A stretch of 63,249 nucleotides of DNA, filler included, from Deltaproteobacteria bacterium (GTDB lineage: Bacteria > JACQOV01): the NCBI GenBank assembly GCA_016202395.1. It is 3 parts of 3 records of this genome, joined end to end, with 100 filler letters (N's around TTAATTAATTAA, not from the genome) between each part and the next. Parts side by side here need not be neighbours in the genome. Positions count along the whole stretch, not along the records: positions 44,837 to 63,249 come from JACQOV010000059.1; 2 more parts are not named here. One strand, 5' to 3'. Position 1 is the stretch's first letter. The number at the start of each line of letters is the position of its first letter. The notes beneath the pieces are model-generated. The model saw nothing but the letters and a program-made list of their open reading frames with translations, did not search any database and was not told the DNA's origin. A program made the position numbers and the translations under genes. This document shows positions 48,349 to 56,237 of this stretch, in pieces.

Positions 48349-49110
48349 ATGTTTGGATCTCAGGAAAAGGGTCGGAGTTTGGAGCATGGGCATAGTCTGC
48401 AAGAGATTCGCGAACGGCTGGAGGTTCGCGGAGGGGACAGTTATTTAGGCGATGCCATATTGGGAGCCATTGATGGCTGTGTCACCACATTTGCCATCGT
48501 TGTGGGAGCCATGGGGGGGAGGCTCTCCGCAGGAGTGGCTCTGATCTTGGGGGCGGCTAATCTGATTGCCGATGGAGTGAGTATGGCTGTGAGCAATTTT
48601 CAGAAAGCGAAAAGCGAGAGAGAGCTGATCGATCGGATTCGGAAAACCGAAGAACGACATGTCGAAGAAGTTCCAGAAGGAGAAAGAGAGGAGATCCGGC
48701 AGATCTTTGAGAAAAAGGGTTTTGAGGATCCCATTTTAAGCGAGATTGTCGATAAGATCACTCGAAATCGGACTCTCTGGATTGATACGATGCTCACAGA
48801 GGAATACGGATTGGCCTTGAAAAGCCCCAGTGTGTGGAGAAGCGCGTGGGTGACTTTTTGGGCGTTCATCTTTGTGGGTGGAATTCCGTTGGTCCCATTC
48901 TTCTTTACTGCTTTTCTTATGGAAGGACAGATGTTTTTAGCAAGCTTCATCCTAACGGGCGTGGCTTTCTTTGGCGTGGGTGTTTTGAGGGGCAAACTAG
49001 TTCATCGGCCCCTTTTTCTTTCGGGCCTAGAGACCTTTCTTGTCGGAGGAGTGGCCTCTGGGCTTGCCTACGGGGTGGCCCATCTCCTTCGAGGCTTCGT
49101 TGCGTCTTAA
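48349..49110 (+). CDS. VIT1/CCC1 family Fe2+/Mn2+ transporter
   Basis: GAIDGCVTTFA, ANLIADGVSMA, EREEIRQIF, EEYGL. Confidence 0.92.
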   Translation: MFGSQEKGRSLEHGHSLQEIRERLEVRGGDSYLGDAILGAIDGCVTTFAIVVGAMGGRLSAGVALILGAANLIADGVSMAVSNFQKAKSERELIDRIRKTEERHVEEVPEGEREEIRQIFEKKGFEDPILSEIVDKITRNRTLWIDTMLTEEYGLALKSPSVWRSAWVTFWAFIFVGGIPLVPFFFTAFLMEGQMFLASFILTGVAFFGVGVLRGKLVHRPLFLSGLETFLVGGVASGLAYGVAHLLRGFVAS

Positions 49111-49144
49111 CAGCCTGTTAGCACATTTCTGAGCAAACAGCTCG

Positions 49145-49354
49145 TTAAAAGGCTCCCTTCGAGATGATGACGCGGATCACTGTGACGATGTAGCACACCA
49201 TGCCTAGAAGGATCATTGGGATGCCGATGACAAAAAACAGGGTCATGGTAATCCGGTGGAAAAGGGCCGCGCTGATGATTCCTAATAACAATCCCGTGAT
49301 TTCTAAGGCGCAGCCGATCCACAGCCAACGCATCATTTTAGGGTCATTCATCAT
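49145..49354 (-). CDS. small two-TM membrane protein, copy 2
   Basis: 69 aa hydrophobic; near-identical to 50021-50227; overlaps NapC-like stop. Confidence 0.75.
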   Translation of the reverse strand: MMNDPKMMRWLWIGCALEITGLLLGIISAALFHRITMTLFFVIGIPMILLGMVCYIVTVIRVIISKGAF

Positions 49355-49952
49355 CGGAGTATACCTCGTGAATTACATCATGACATCCCTTGTCCATGCA
49401 GCTTTGTTTATTAGTTTTTAAACGGACCCTCATCTTCGGATCTTGTTGGTGGTACTCCGTTTCCTCAAATTTTTTCGCCCCTTCGTGGCAGCGCAGGCAT
49501 TCTCGATTATTATAAGGCTGGTAGATTTCGATCTTTTTGGGCGCTCCTTTAAAATAATGCACATTCATATGCAAGAGCCCTTGGATCTTTGCTTTGATCG
49601 GGCCGTACAGGGTGTAATCGGTGTGGCACTCATAGCAGGCCTTCTCTTTGTGAACCCAATTGTTTTGGTAATGGATGGTGGGGATCCTCTCGTCGTCATC
49701 TTCTTCAAGGCTTTCTCCATAGGCTTCCATTTCATGGCACGAAAGGCAGAATGAGACCTCTTTAGAATTTTCCATATTGATATGAACGGCTGCAGAGAGG
49801 ACAAGAGCGGGAAGGGCAAGGGCGCCGAGCAAGAGAAGAACTTTTCCTAGGCGCTGCATAAACCACTCGCGTTGGGCAAGGAGGACCGCGAGAAGGACAA
49901 TGTTTAGCGCCATGAGGCCAACGATGACATAGGGCCCTGCGGCAAACGTCAA
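49344..49952 (-). CDS. NapC/NirT-family tetraheme cytochrome c, copy 2
   Basis: two N-terminal TMs, FCLSCHEM, CYECH, CLRCH, CMDKGCH. Confidence 0.88.
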   Translation of the reverse strand: MTFAAGPYVIVGLMALNIVLLAVLLAQREWFMQRLGKVLLLLGALALPALVLSAAVHINMENSKEVSFCLSCHEMEAYGESLEEDDDERIPTIHYQNNWVHKEKACYECHTDYTLYGPIKAKIQGLLHMNVHYFKGAPKKIEIYQPYNNRECLRCHEGAKKFEETEYHQQDPKMRVRLKTNKQSCMDKGCHDVIHEVYSDDE

Positions 49953-50020
49953 GTTATTCCCCTTTCAGGCCCCAATATATCAAATCCTGAGACAAAATGT
50001 GAGCCGTAGGAGATCTTGCG

Positions 50021-50227
50021 TTAAAAAGCGCCCTTCGAGATGATGATGCGGATCACTGTGACGATGTAGCACACCATGCCTAGAAAGATGGTTGGGATGC
50101 CGACAACAAAAAACAGGGTCATGGTGACCCGATGGAAAAGGGCCGCGCTGACGATTCCTAATAACAACCCCGTTATTTCTAAGGCGCAGGCGACCCACAG
50201 CCAACGTATTTTGGGGTCATTCATCAT
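50021..50227 (-). CDS. small two-TM membrane protein, copy 1
   Basis: MMNDPKIRWLW...IISKGAF; paralog of 49145-49354. Confidence 0.75.
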   Translation of the reverse strand: MMNDPKIRWLWVACALEITGLLLGIVSAALFHRVTMTLFFVVGIPTIFLGMVCYIVTVIRIIISKGAF

Positions 50228-50867
50228 TGGAGTACACCTCGTCAGTTCCCTCATCGGAGTACTCTTCGTCAGGGTACACCTCATGGGTCACATCATGGCA
50301 TCCCTTGTCCATGCAACTTTGTTTGTTGATTTTTAGCCGCAGCAGCATCTTAGGATCCTGTTGATGTTGGGGGAGATTCTCAAATCTCTTAGCCCCCTCA
50401 TGACAGCGGAGACACTCCCGATTGTTATAAGGTTTGTAGAGCGCGATATCCTTGGGGGCCCCTTTGATATAGTGAACGTATATGTGCATTAATCCGCGAA
50501 CCTTCGCTTTGATGGGCCCAAACACCGTGTAGTCGGTATGACATTGGTAACAAGCCTCCTTCTGCTCAACCCAATTGTTCTGGTAATGGATGGTGGGAAT
50601 CATCTCATCATCGTCTTCATGGAGGCTATCGACATAAGGCCCCATTTCGTGGCAGCCCAGACAGAAGGAAACGCTTTCAGAGTTTTTAATGTTCAGCGCG
50701 AACGTTGCTGCCACCACAAGGGTGGGGAAAACGATGACCACCAAAAAGAACAGGACCTTTCCCATTCTTTGCAGGATCCACTCGCGTTGAACGAGGAGAA
50801 CCGTCAGAAGAACAATGTTCAACATGGTAATGCCGACAACGATGTAAGGTCCTGCTGAGCTAAGCAT
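50217..50867 (-). CDS. NapC/NirT-family tetraheme cytochrome c, copy 1
   Basis: FCLGCHEM, CYQCH, CLRCH, CMDKGCH; acidic repeated tail. Confidence 0.88.
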   Translation of the reverse strand: MLSSAGPYIVVGITMLNIVLLTVLLVQREWILQRMGKVLFFLVVIVFPTLVVAATFALNIKNSESVSFCLGCHEMGPYVDSLHEDDDEMIPTIHYQNNWVEQKEACYQCHTDYTVFGPIKAKVRGLMHIYVHYIKGAPKDIALYKPYNNRECLRCHEGAKRFENLPQHQQDPKMLLRLKINKQSCMDKGCHDVTHEVYPDEEYSDEGTDEVYSNDE

Positions 50868-50873
50868 GATTCA

Positions 50874-51284
50874 TTATTTTAAGGTTAGGAGCCACTCCAC
50901 CAGTGTTTTCCGCTCTTCAGGGGTCCCCTTAAAGCGCTTTTTGTGTTTTCCCCCCTTATCGTCGGCCACTTGCTTTCTGATGAATTTATCCAAAAAATCG
51001 GCGGTGCATTCTATTTTACTGTCTTTCTTGCTGCAGAGATTGGAGAGATCGGGAGGCTCGACTTTTTCTCCTCCTTCTTCCTCCTCCGCCTCTTCATCCT
51101 TTATCTCTACCTTTACGATGCCTACGGATTTCACCGTGTGGCACGCATTACATTTGTAATCTAGAAAGACCTTTTTCCCAGGGAGATCCGCAGAGTAGGC
51201 TGTTTGGAGATTGAGCAGATAAAAGAGGGTCCACCCTAACAGCCATGCTAAAGAGATCCACAACACTTTAACCGCCACCTTCAT
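50874..51284 (-). CDS. monoheme cytochrome c, copy 2
   Basis: SD GGAGG, signal/anchor, GKKVF..YKCNACH, PPDLS, KHKK. Confidence 0.88.
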   Translation of the reverse strand: MKVAVKVLWISLAWLLGWTLFYLLNLQTAYSADLPGKKVFLDYKCNACHTVKSVGIVKVEIKDEEAEEEEGGEKVEPPDLSNLCSKKDSKIECTADFLDKFIRKQVADDKGGKHKKRFKGTPEERKTLVEWLLTLK

Positions 51285-51301
51285 TGATTTCCTCCTTCTA
51301 T

Positions 51302-51718
51302 TTATTTGGACGGACAGAGGGCCACGAGCCAGTCGACCAACATCTTTCTCTCTTCAGGAGTTCCCTTAAAGAGTTTTTTGTGCTTTTTCTCATCCTTATT
51401 GGCCTTGGTTTTCAGTATCCATCCCTCCAGATCTTTGGTCCAATCTATTTTACTCTCTACTTTGCCGCTGCAGATATCGGAGAGATCCGGGGGCTCCACT
51501 TTCTCTTCTTCATCCTCGGCGTCTTCCTCCGCCACCACTGCTTGTTTTTCCTTTGCAATGCCTTGAGAGGTTACAGTGTGACAGCTCTGGCATTTATACT
51601 TTTGAAAGATCGCTTTTCCATCGGCAGAATAGGCTGTTTGGAGATTGAGCAGATAGAAGAGGGTCCACCCTAACAGCCATGCCAAAGAGATCCACAATGC
51701 TTTAACCGCCAGCTTCAT
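51302..51718 (-). CDS. monoheme cytochrome c, copy 1
   Basis: SD GGAGG, GKAIFQKYKCQSCH, PPDLS, KHKK; start ATG 51718. Confidence 0.88.
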   Translation of the reverse strand: MKLAVKALWISLAWLLGWTLFYLLNLQTAYSADGKAIFQKYKCQSCHTVTSQGIAKEKQAVVAEEDAEDEEEKVEPPDLSDICSGKVESKIDWTKDLEGWILKTKANKDEKKHKKLFKGTPEERKMLVDWLVALCPSK

Positions 51719-51790
51719 CGATTTCCTCCTCCTATTTAGATGGATTCCCGTGTGGACTTTGGTATCCACACGGGTTTCCTTCTTTAAAGT

Positions 51791-53038
51791 TTAAAACATC
51801 GTCCTAAAGTTCAACAAGAAGTCATGTGCCGGTTCTGTATGGCCTGTCTTTTCCCCCAAAACATCAAAACCCGCGTAGAAGGTGAGTCTCATATTCTCGC
51901 GGATCTGATAGGTGAGACTCGGGGTAATCTTATGAAGTTCCGCTCCGTTGAAGTTGTCGATTGGGACGGTTCGATCCCATGCAATTCCAGGAACCCAGGG
52001 ATACTTTACATAGGCTCCAAGGAGCGTCCAGCCGTAGAACTTGCCTTCAACAGGGGTTGCGGCCAGCGTGACATTGTCATCTTTGCCATAGACATAGCCC
52101 CCTTGAATATCGACGTTTTCACCATAACGCACATTCAACGACGGAAAAAGCCGCCAGTAGTCGTTCCGTTTTTGAGCGGTGTCTGTGTTTTTGGTATCCG
52201 TTCCCCAAGCATAGTGGAGAGTGACGCTGCTCCCTTCAAATGCGCTTTCCATGGCTTCGGTCACCTCAAGGCGCGCCCCTGTCCAATAGTTGAGGAAGTT
52301 ATTTTTTTCAGCGCCACTGGATCCGGGTGAAATGCCTGCGTACCAAACGACCGGCCCTTTTTCACCATAGTAGGTGATCCCAGGGCGGGCCGAGGTGACA
52401 TCCACGCTGTCTTCGCCAGTTCCATTAGAGGCTTTGAGCCGCAGCGCTTCATTCTTTAGAGCGGGAAACAGAGGGAGTCTATTAGGAAATGAAGCGAACA
52501 ATACGGGGCTCACGTTTCCAACTTGGAAATTGACATAATCTCCCACTAGGTTATGAAATCCAAGATAGAACCAGTTGAATTTGAATGCATCCTTTGAGAA
52601 TTCATTCTCGATAAAGATCGAGACATTCTTGAAGATGCTTCCCGCGACAAAAAATTGGAGCCAGTCCGGGTTTCCGATCGTGAGTTTGGTTTCTTTGCTA
52701 TCATTGCTTTCAATATCAAGACTGTTCGTTTGAATCCGAAGTGGCGTCACATTGAGACGGGCCCCCAGCCAATTTTCAACTTTCCCAAGAGTGAGCCGTC
52801 CTTCTCCACCCAATGCCTTCATCCCAACGGTGTCTCCATCCCCTTCGGGATCATCCGGGCTTTGATAGCCATTGCGCAAAAATCTTTCACCGTAATAATT
52901 CAGCCGGGGAAAGATGTTATGGCAGGTGGAACAAGGCTCTCCATATTTTCTGGAGAACTGAGAGACGGCGCTCGCCTCTCGTGGCCAGAAAATAAAGAGG
53001 CCCATCGCTATAAGAGTTAAAGATAAGACATATTTCAT
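51791..53038 (-). CDS. Cyc2/ExtI-like fused monoheme cytochrome-porin
   Basis: signal peptide ending ASA; FSRKYGEPCSTCHNIFPRLNYYGERFLRNGY; beta-strand-rich body; C-terminal Phe. Confidence 0.8.
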   Translation of the reverse strand: MKYVLSLTLIAMGLFIFWPREASAVSQFSRKYGEPCSTCHNIFPRLNYYGERFLRNGYQSPDDPEGDGDTVGMKALGGEGRLTLGKVENWLGARLNVTPLRIQTNSLDIESNDSKETKLTIGNPDWLQFFVAGSIFKNVSIFIENEFSKDAFKFNWFYLGFHNLVGDYVNFQVGNVSPVLFASFPNRLPLFPALKNEALRLKASNGTGEDSVDVTSARPGITYYGEKGPVVWYAGISPGSSGAEKNNFLNYWTGARLEVTEAMESAFEGSSVTLHYAWGTDTKNTDTAQKRNDYWRLFPSLNVRYGENVDIQGGYVYGKDDNVTLAATPVEGKFYGWTLLGAYVKYPWVPGIAWDRTVPIDNFNGAELHKITPSLTYQIRENMRLTFYAGFDVLGEKTGHTEPAHDFLLNFRTMF

Positions 53039-53108
53039 GGGGATCCTCCTTCTTTTGGGGTTGAATTCAATCATGGCCTAAACTTAGCATTCTACTCTTT
53101 TAAACGGG

Positions 53109-53124
53109 TATGACCTGCGTCATG
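53109..53124. promoter_or_regulatory. Crp/Fnr-type box upstream of cytochrome-porin operon
   Basis: TATGAC-CTGC-GTCATG. Confidence 0.7.
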
Positions 53125-53217
53125 ACTTCATATGTTTCTAAACATCCGCAGAGACAACTCTAAATCAGCTGTTTTTTGAAGTCAATAAAGGCCCAGGAGT
53201 AAATGGGGTAGAAAGAA

Positions 53218-53307
53218 TATGGCGCCCCTGGCCCGATGTAGGCCATGGTTTTTTTCGGGGGGATTTGAGCGAAGGAGGCTCCGCTCACCCAAACCAGGGG
53301 CGCCATA
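53218..53307 (-). ncRNA. candidate structured RNA or palindromic element (unassigned)
   Basis: 14-bp perfect closing stem tatggcgcccctgg/ccaggggcgccata with internal hairpins. Confidence 0.4.
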
Positions 53308-53371
53308 AACATTGCCAGTTCGCCCAAAGTAATCGATTCTTGCCAAGGTAATCGATTCTTGAAAGAGTGGG

Positions 53372-53409
53372 TATGATAGGCATCAATCTATCCTATGATT
53401 TATATCATA
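53372..53409. promoter_or_regulatory. tandem Crp/Fnr-type boxes
   Basis: TATGAT-AGGC-ATCAAT (53372-53387) and TATGAT-TTAT-ATCATA (53394-53409). Confidence 0.7.
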
Positions 53410-53779
53410 GGGTTCCCACACCGGAGGGGAAAAAGTGAAAGATCGCGGACTTTGGGATAAAGAGAACCTCGACCTCTGTTTGTGCAGTGCAGGTGGCGCA
53501 ATAAGGGGTTGTGGAGAGGAGGTGGTTGAGTCCGATCAAAAGGAGTTGGTCTGGATCGGTTCCCACAGAGAGGGTCTCAGGAGCGCTATTGGATAAGGTC
53601 ACTTTCCCTTTCTTAAGCTGGAAGAAACCGTAGGGTATATGATTTTTGTAGAAAAGGATTTGTCCTTCTTTGAAGTGGAGGGTTTCTCCGCGAGATTCTA
53701 ATTCGCGCAGACGATGAACCACTTCACCGTAAGTTGTTCCGTCGATTAAGCTCTTTTTACAACAAATATCGGATGGCAT
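53405..53779 (-). CDS. stand-alone cNMP-binding (Crp effector-like) domain protein
   Basis: FKEGQILFY, GFFQLKKGKV, YCATCTAQTEVEVLFIPK; no HTH. Confidence 0.75.
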   Translation of the reverse strand: MPSDICCKKSLIDGTTYGEVVHRLRELESRGETLHFKEGQILFYKNHIPYGFFQLKKGKVTLSNSAPETLSVGTDPDQLLLIGLNHLLSTTPYCATCTAQTEVEVLFIPKSAIFHFFPSGVGTL

Positions 53780-53780
53780 G

Positions 53781-54890
53781 TTAGGCGGCTCCTCTTAAAG
53801 TTTTGGGTTGATAAACACAAAGGGGCTCTTCTCCCAGGAAATCGCCCGTGGCATAGTAAGCTCGCGCTCGACATCCCAAGCAGACCTTCTTGAACTCGCA
53901 TTCACCACATTTCCCTTCCAAAAGATCGACATCGCGAAATCGGTTGAAAAGAGGAGAATGGTTCCAGATCTCTGAAAAGGCCTGGGTTTTAACATTCCCC
54001 GCGCTTAGCGGAAGATAACCACAGGGAAAAACCTCTCCAGTGTGCGACACAAAACAGATCGATGTGGCTGCGAGGCAGCCTCTCGTGAGCGTATTCATCT
54101 GATGTTTATCCCCCTCACCCGACCTTCGGTCTCCCTCTCCCCTTTGGGGTGAGGGGGGAACGTTTCGCAATCGATTCTGTTGTCGGATCACGCGAAAATA
54201 ATGCGGGGCGCAGGTCGCTTTCAGATGGAGCCGATTATCGAGAGAGCGCTCATAGAGCCAAACTAAAATCTCTTCGTACTCTTCAGCAGAGATTTGATGA
54301 GACTCCGCGATTTCCAATCCGCAACCGACCGGGACTAGCAAAAAGAAGTGCAACGCGTCAGCCCCTAGTTCTACCGCCATGCGATAGATATCGGGGACCT
54401 CTTTTGCATTGTGTCGTGTGACGGTAGAGTTGATTTGAAGGCTCATTCCCAGGGCTTTGAGGCGGGTGAAACCTTGGAGGGCCGCTTCAAAGGATCCTGC
54501 TTGTTGGCGGAACGAGTCGTGGGTTTCCGCGGAGGCTCCATCGAGACTAATGGCAACACGGCGTATCCCAGAATCGACGATAGTTTTCGCTGTTTCTCCA
54601 TCGATCCTCGTGCCGTTGGTGGCCAGCGCCACCGGGAGTTCCAGCTTTTGAGCCTCTCTCGTGATATCAAAAATATCCGGTCTCATTAAGGGCTCCCCTC
54701 CGCTCAGGACAAGGATCGGTTGGCCTACTTCTCGAATCTGTTGGAGAAGGGATCGGCATTCCTCAAAGTCGAGGTCATTTTTCATCAGGTTCCGGCTCAC
54801 ATCGAGTCGCCGACAATGGATGCACTCGAGATTGCAACCTGCCGTGGTTTCCCAGAAGAGGAGCCTGAGATCCGGTTGGATGGCATTCAT
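53781..54890 (-). CDS. ahbD: radical SAM/SPASM heme b synthase (AhbD/NirJ2-like)
   Basis: FWETTAGCNLECIHCR, KATCAPHYFR, GCLAA, CGEC..KKVCLGCRARA. Confidence 0.88.
   Translation of the reverse strand: MNAIQPDLRLLFWETTAGCNLECIHCRRLDVSRNLMKNDLDFEECRSLLQQIREVGQPILVLSGGEPLMRPDIFDITREAQKLELPVALATNGTRIDGETAKTIVDSGIRRVAISLDGASAETHDSFRQQAGSFEAALQGFTRLKALGMSLQINSTVTRHNAKEVPDIYRMAVELGADALHFFLLVPVGCGLEIAESHQISAEEYEEILVWLYERSLDNRLHLKATCAPHYFRVIRQQNRLRNVPPSPQRGEGDRRSGEGDKHQMNTLTRGCLAATSICFVSHTGEVFPCGYLPLSAGNVKTQAFSEIWNHSPLFNRFRDVDLLEGKCGECEFKKVCLGCRARAYYATGDFLGEEPLCVYQPKTLRGAA
54110..54158. repeat. palindromic element in frame inside ahbD (CTCTCCCC/GGGGAGAG family)
   Basis: ccccctcaccc-gaccttcggtc-tccctctcccc-ttt-ggggtgaggg; encodes PPSPQRGEGDRRSGEG. 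Confidence 0.85.
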
Positions 54891-56089
54891 TGGAGTCCAA
54901 TCTCCTTATCGGTGAGGTAACAACTCGGATCAGGGGCCCAAGGATCTCCGTGCGCTCTTTCGGCACGGACCCGCATTGCCCCTCCGCAAAGATTCAAGAA
55001 ACGACAGGAGCTACATCGCCCCTTGAGCCACCGTTTTCGATCTCGGAGCTTGCCCAAAAGGGGTTCGGATTCGTCTTGCCAGATCTCGCTAAAAGGGCGT
55101 TCTCTAACGTTCCCTAAGGTGTAATCCATCCAAAACTGATCGGGGTGAACATTGCCAACGAAATCGACACAAGCGATGCCAGTGCCGGAACTGTGGAGCC
55201 CTCCACCGTTCCAAGTCAGCATCTGGTGAACCTCCTCAGATCGTGGATCCTTTTCCTCCAGCATTTTGAGGTAAAGATAGGGGCCATCACAGTGATTATC
55301 CACCGTGAGGATCTCAGTATCGAGTCCCCTTTGATAGAAGCCGCGCGTTCGTTCCAGGATCGTGTCCACCGCTCCTCGCGCCTCTTCCGGAGTGAGATCC
55401 ACCAGGCCGTGCCCTCGTCCCGAGGGGACCAGATGATAAAAACAGGCCCTCCGGATCCCTTCTTTTTCGATGAAGTCGAAGATCTGATTCAGATCATGAG
55501 CGTTTTGGCGCGTGAGGGTCATCCGAAGTCCTACCTTTTGCCCCCGTTCCACCAGAAAACGCATCCCCTGGACCGCGCGATGGAAGGCCCCCTCCATTCC
55601 TCGGAAACGATCATTCGTCTCTCCCACTCCATCGAGGCTGATCCCTACGTAAGAGAGTCGGGATTCAACGATATGATCTGCCATTTTTTCATCAATGAGG
55701 GTCCCGTTGGTCGAGATCACCGTGTGAGTTCCCATGGAGCGGGCCTCATAGGCTAAGGCAAAGAGGTCCTTGCGCAGCAGAGGTTCCCCTCCAGAAAACA
55801 GCAGGGTTGGGATCTGGTATTTACCGAGGTCTAGGATCATCTTCCATGCCTCTTGTGAGTCCAATTCCCCTGGGTATTTCTTGGCCTCGGAGTCGGAGTA
55901 GCAATGGACACATCGGAGGTTACAGGTTCGGGTGCAGTTCCAGACAACGACTGGGCGACGTTCCTTGGCCGATTTGGCGAGTTTATGAGCCTGCTCCGGG
56001 GCAGGGGAGAGGTTTTTTAACGCCTTTCCATAGCGATGGGGCTGCGAAGCGGTCTCTTTGCCACAAAATAGGGCGGAAACATCGATCAT
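54887..56089 (-). CDS. ahbC: radical SAM/SPASM Fe-coproporphyrin III synthase (AhbC/NirJ1-like)
   Basis: RPVVVWNCTRTCNLRCVHCY, CFYHLV, LTVDNHCDG, HPDQFW, DPSCYL. Confidence 0.9.
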   Translation of the reverse strand: MIDVSALFCGKETASQPHRYGKALKNLSPAPEQAHKLAKSAKERRPVVVWNCTRTCNLRCVHCYSDSEAKKYPGELDSQEAWKMILDLGKYQIPTLLFSGGEPLLRKDLFALAYEARSMGTHTVISTNGTLIDEKMADHIVESRLSYVGISLDGVGETNDRFRGMEGAFHRAVQGMRFLVERGQKVGLRMTLTRQNAHDLNQIFDFIEKEGIRRACFYHLVPSGRGHGLVDLTPEEARGAVDTILERTRGFYQRGLDTEILTVDNHCDGPYLYLKMLEEKDPRSEEVHQMLTWNGGGLHSSGTGIACVDFVGNVHPDQFWMDYTLGNVRERPFSEIWQDESEPLLGKLRDRKRWLKGRCSSCRFLNLCGGAMRVRAERAHGDPWAPDPSCYLTDKEIGLQ

Positions 56090-56123
56090 AGAAGGAGTTT
56101 ATGCCTCTTTCCTCTTTGTTGCA

Positions 56124-56161
56124 TATGATGACGATCATGTGGCCGTATGACTTTGTTCATG
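56124..56161. promoter_or_regulatory. tandem Crp/Fnr-type boxes between ahbC and regulator
   Basis: TATGAT-GACG-ATCATG (56124-56139) and TATGAC-TTTG-TTCATG (56146-56161). Confidence 0.7.
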
Positions 56162-56237
56162 CCCCTTCCATTCACTTTTAGACCCGGCTTAGCGAAGGAA
56201 TTGACTTTGATGGCCGAGGGCTTTATGCTTTAAAAAA

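Noticed and set aside
170-53038. Functional link between the Hypr-like cyclase and the cytochrome conduit
   Set aside because: Attractive by analogy with Geobacter, but they are on different contig pieces and no cognate riboswitch was identified.
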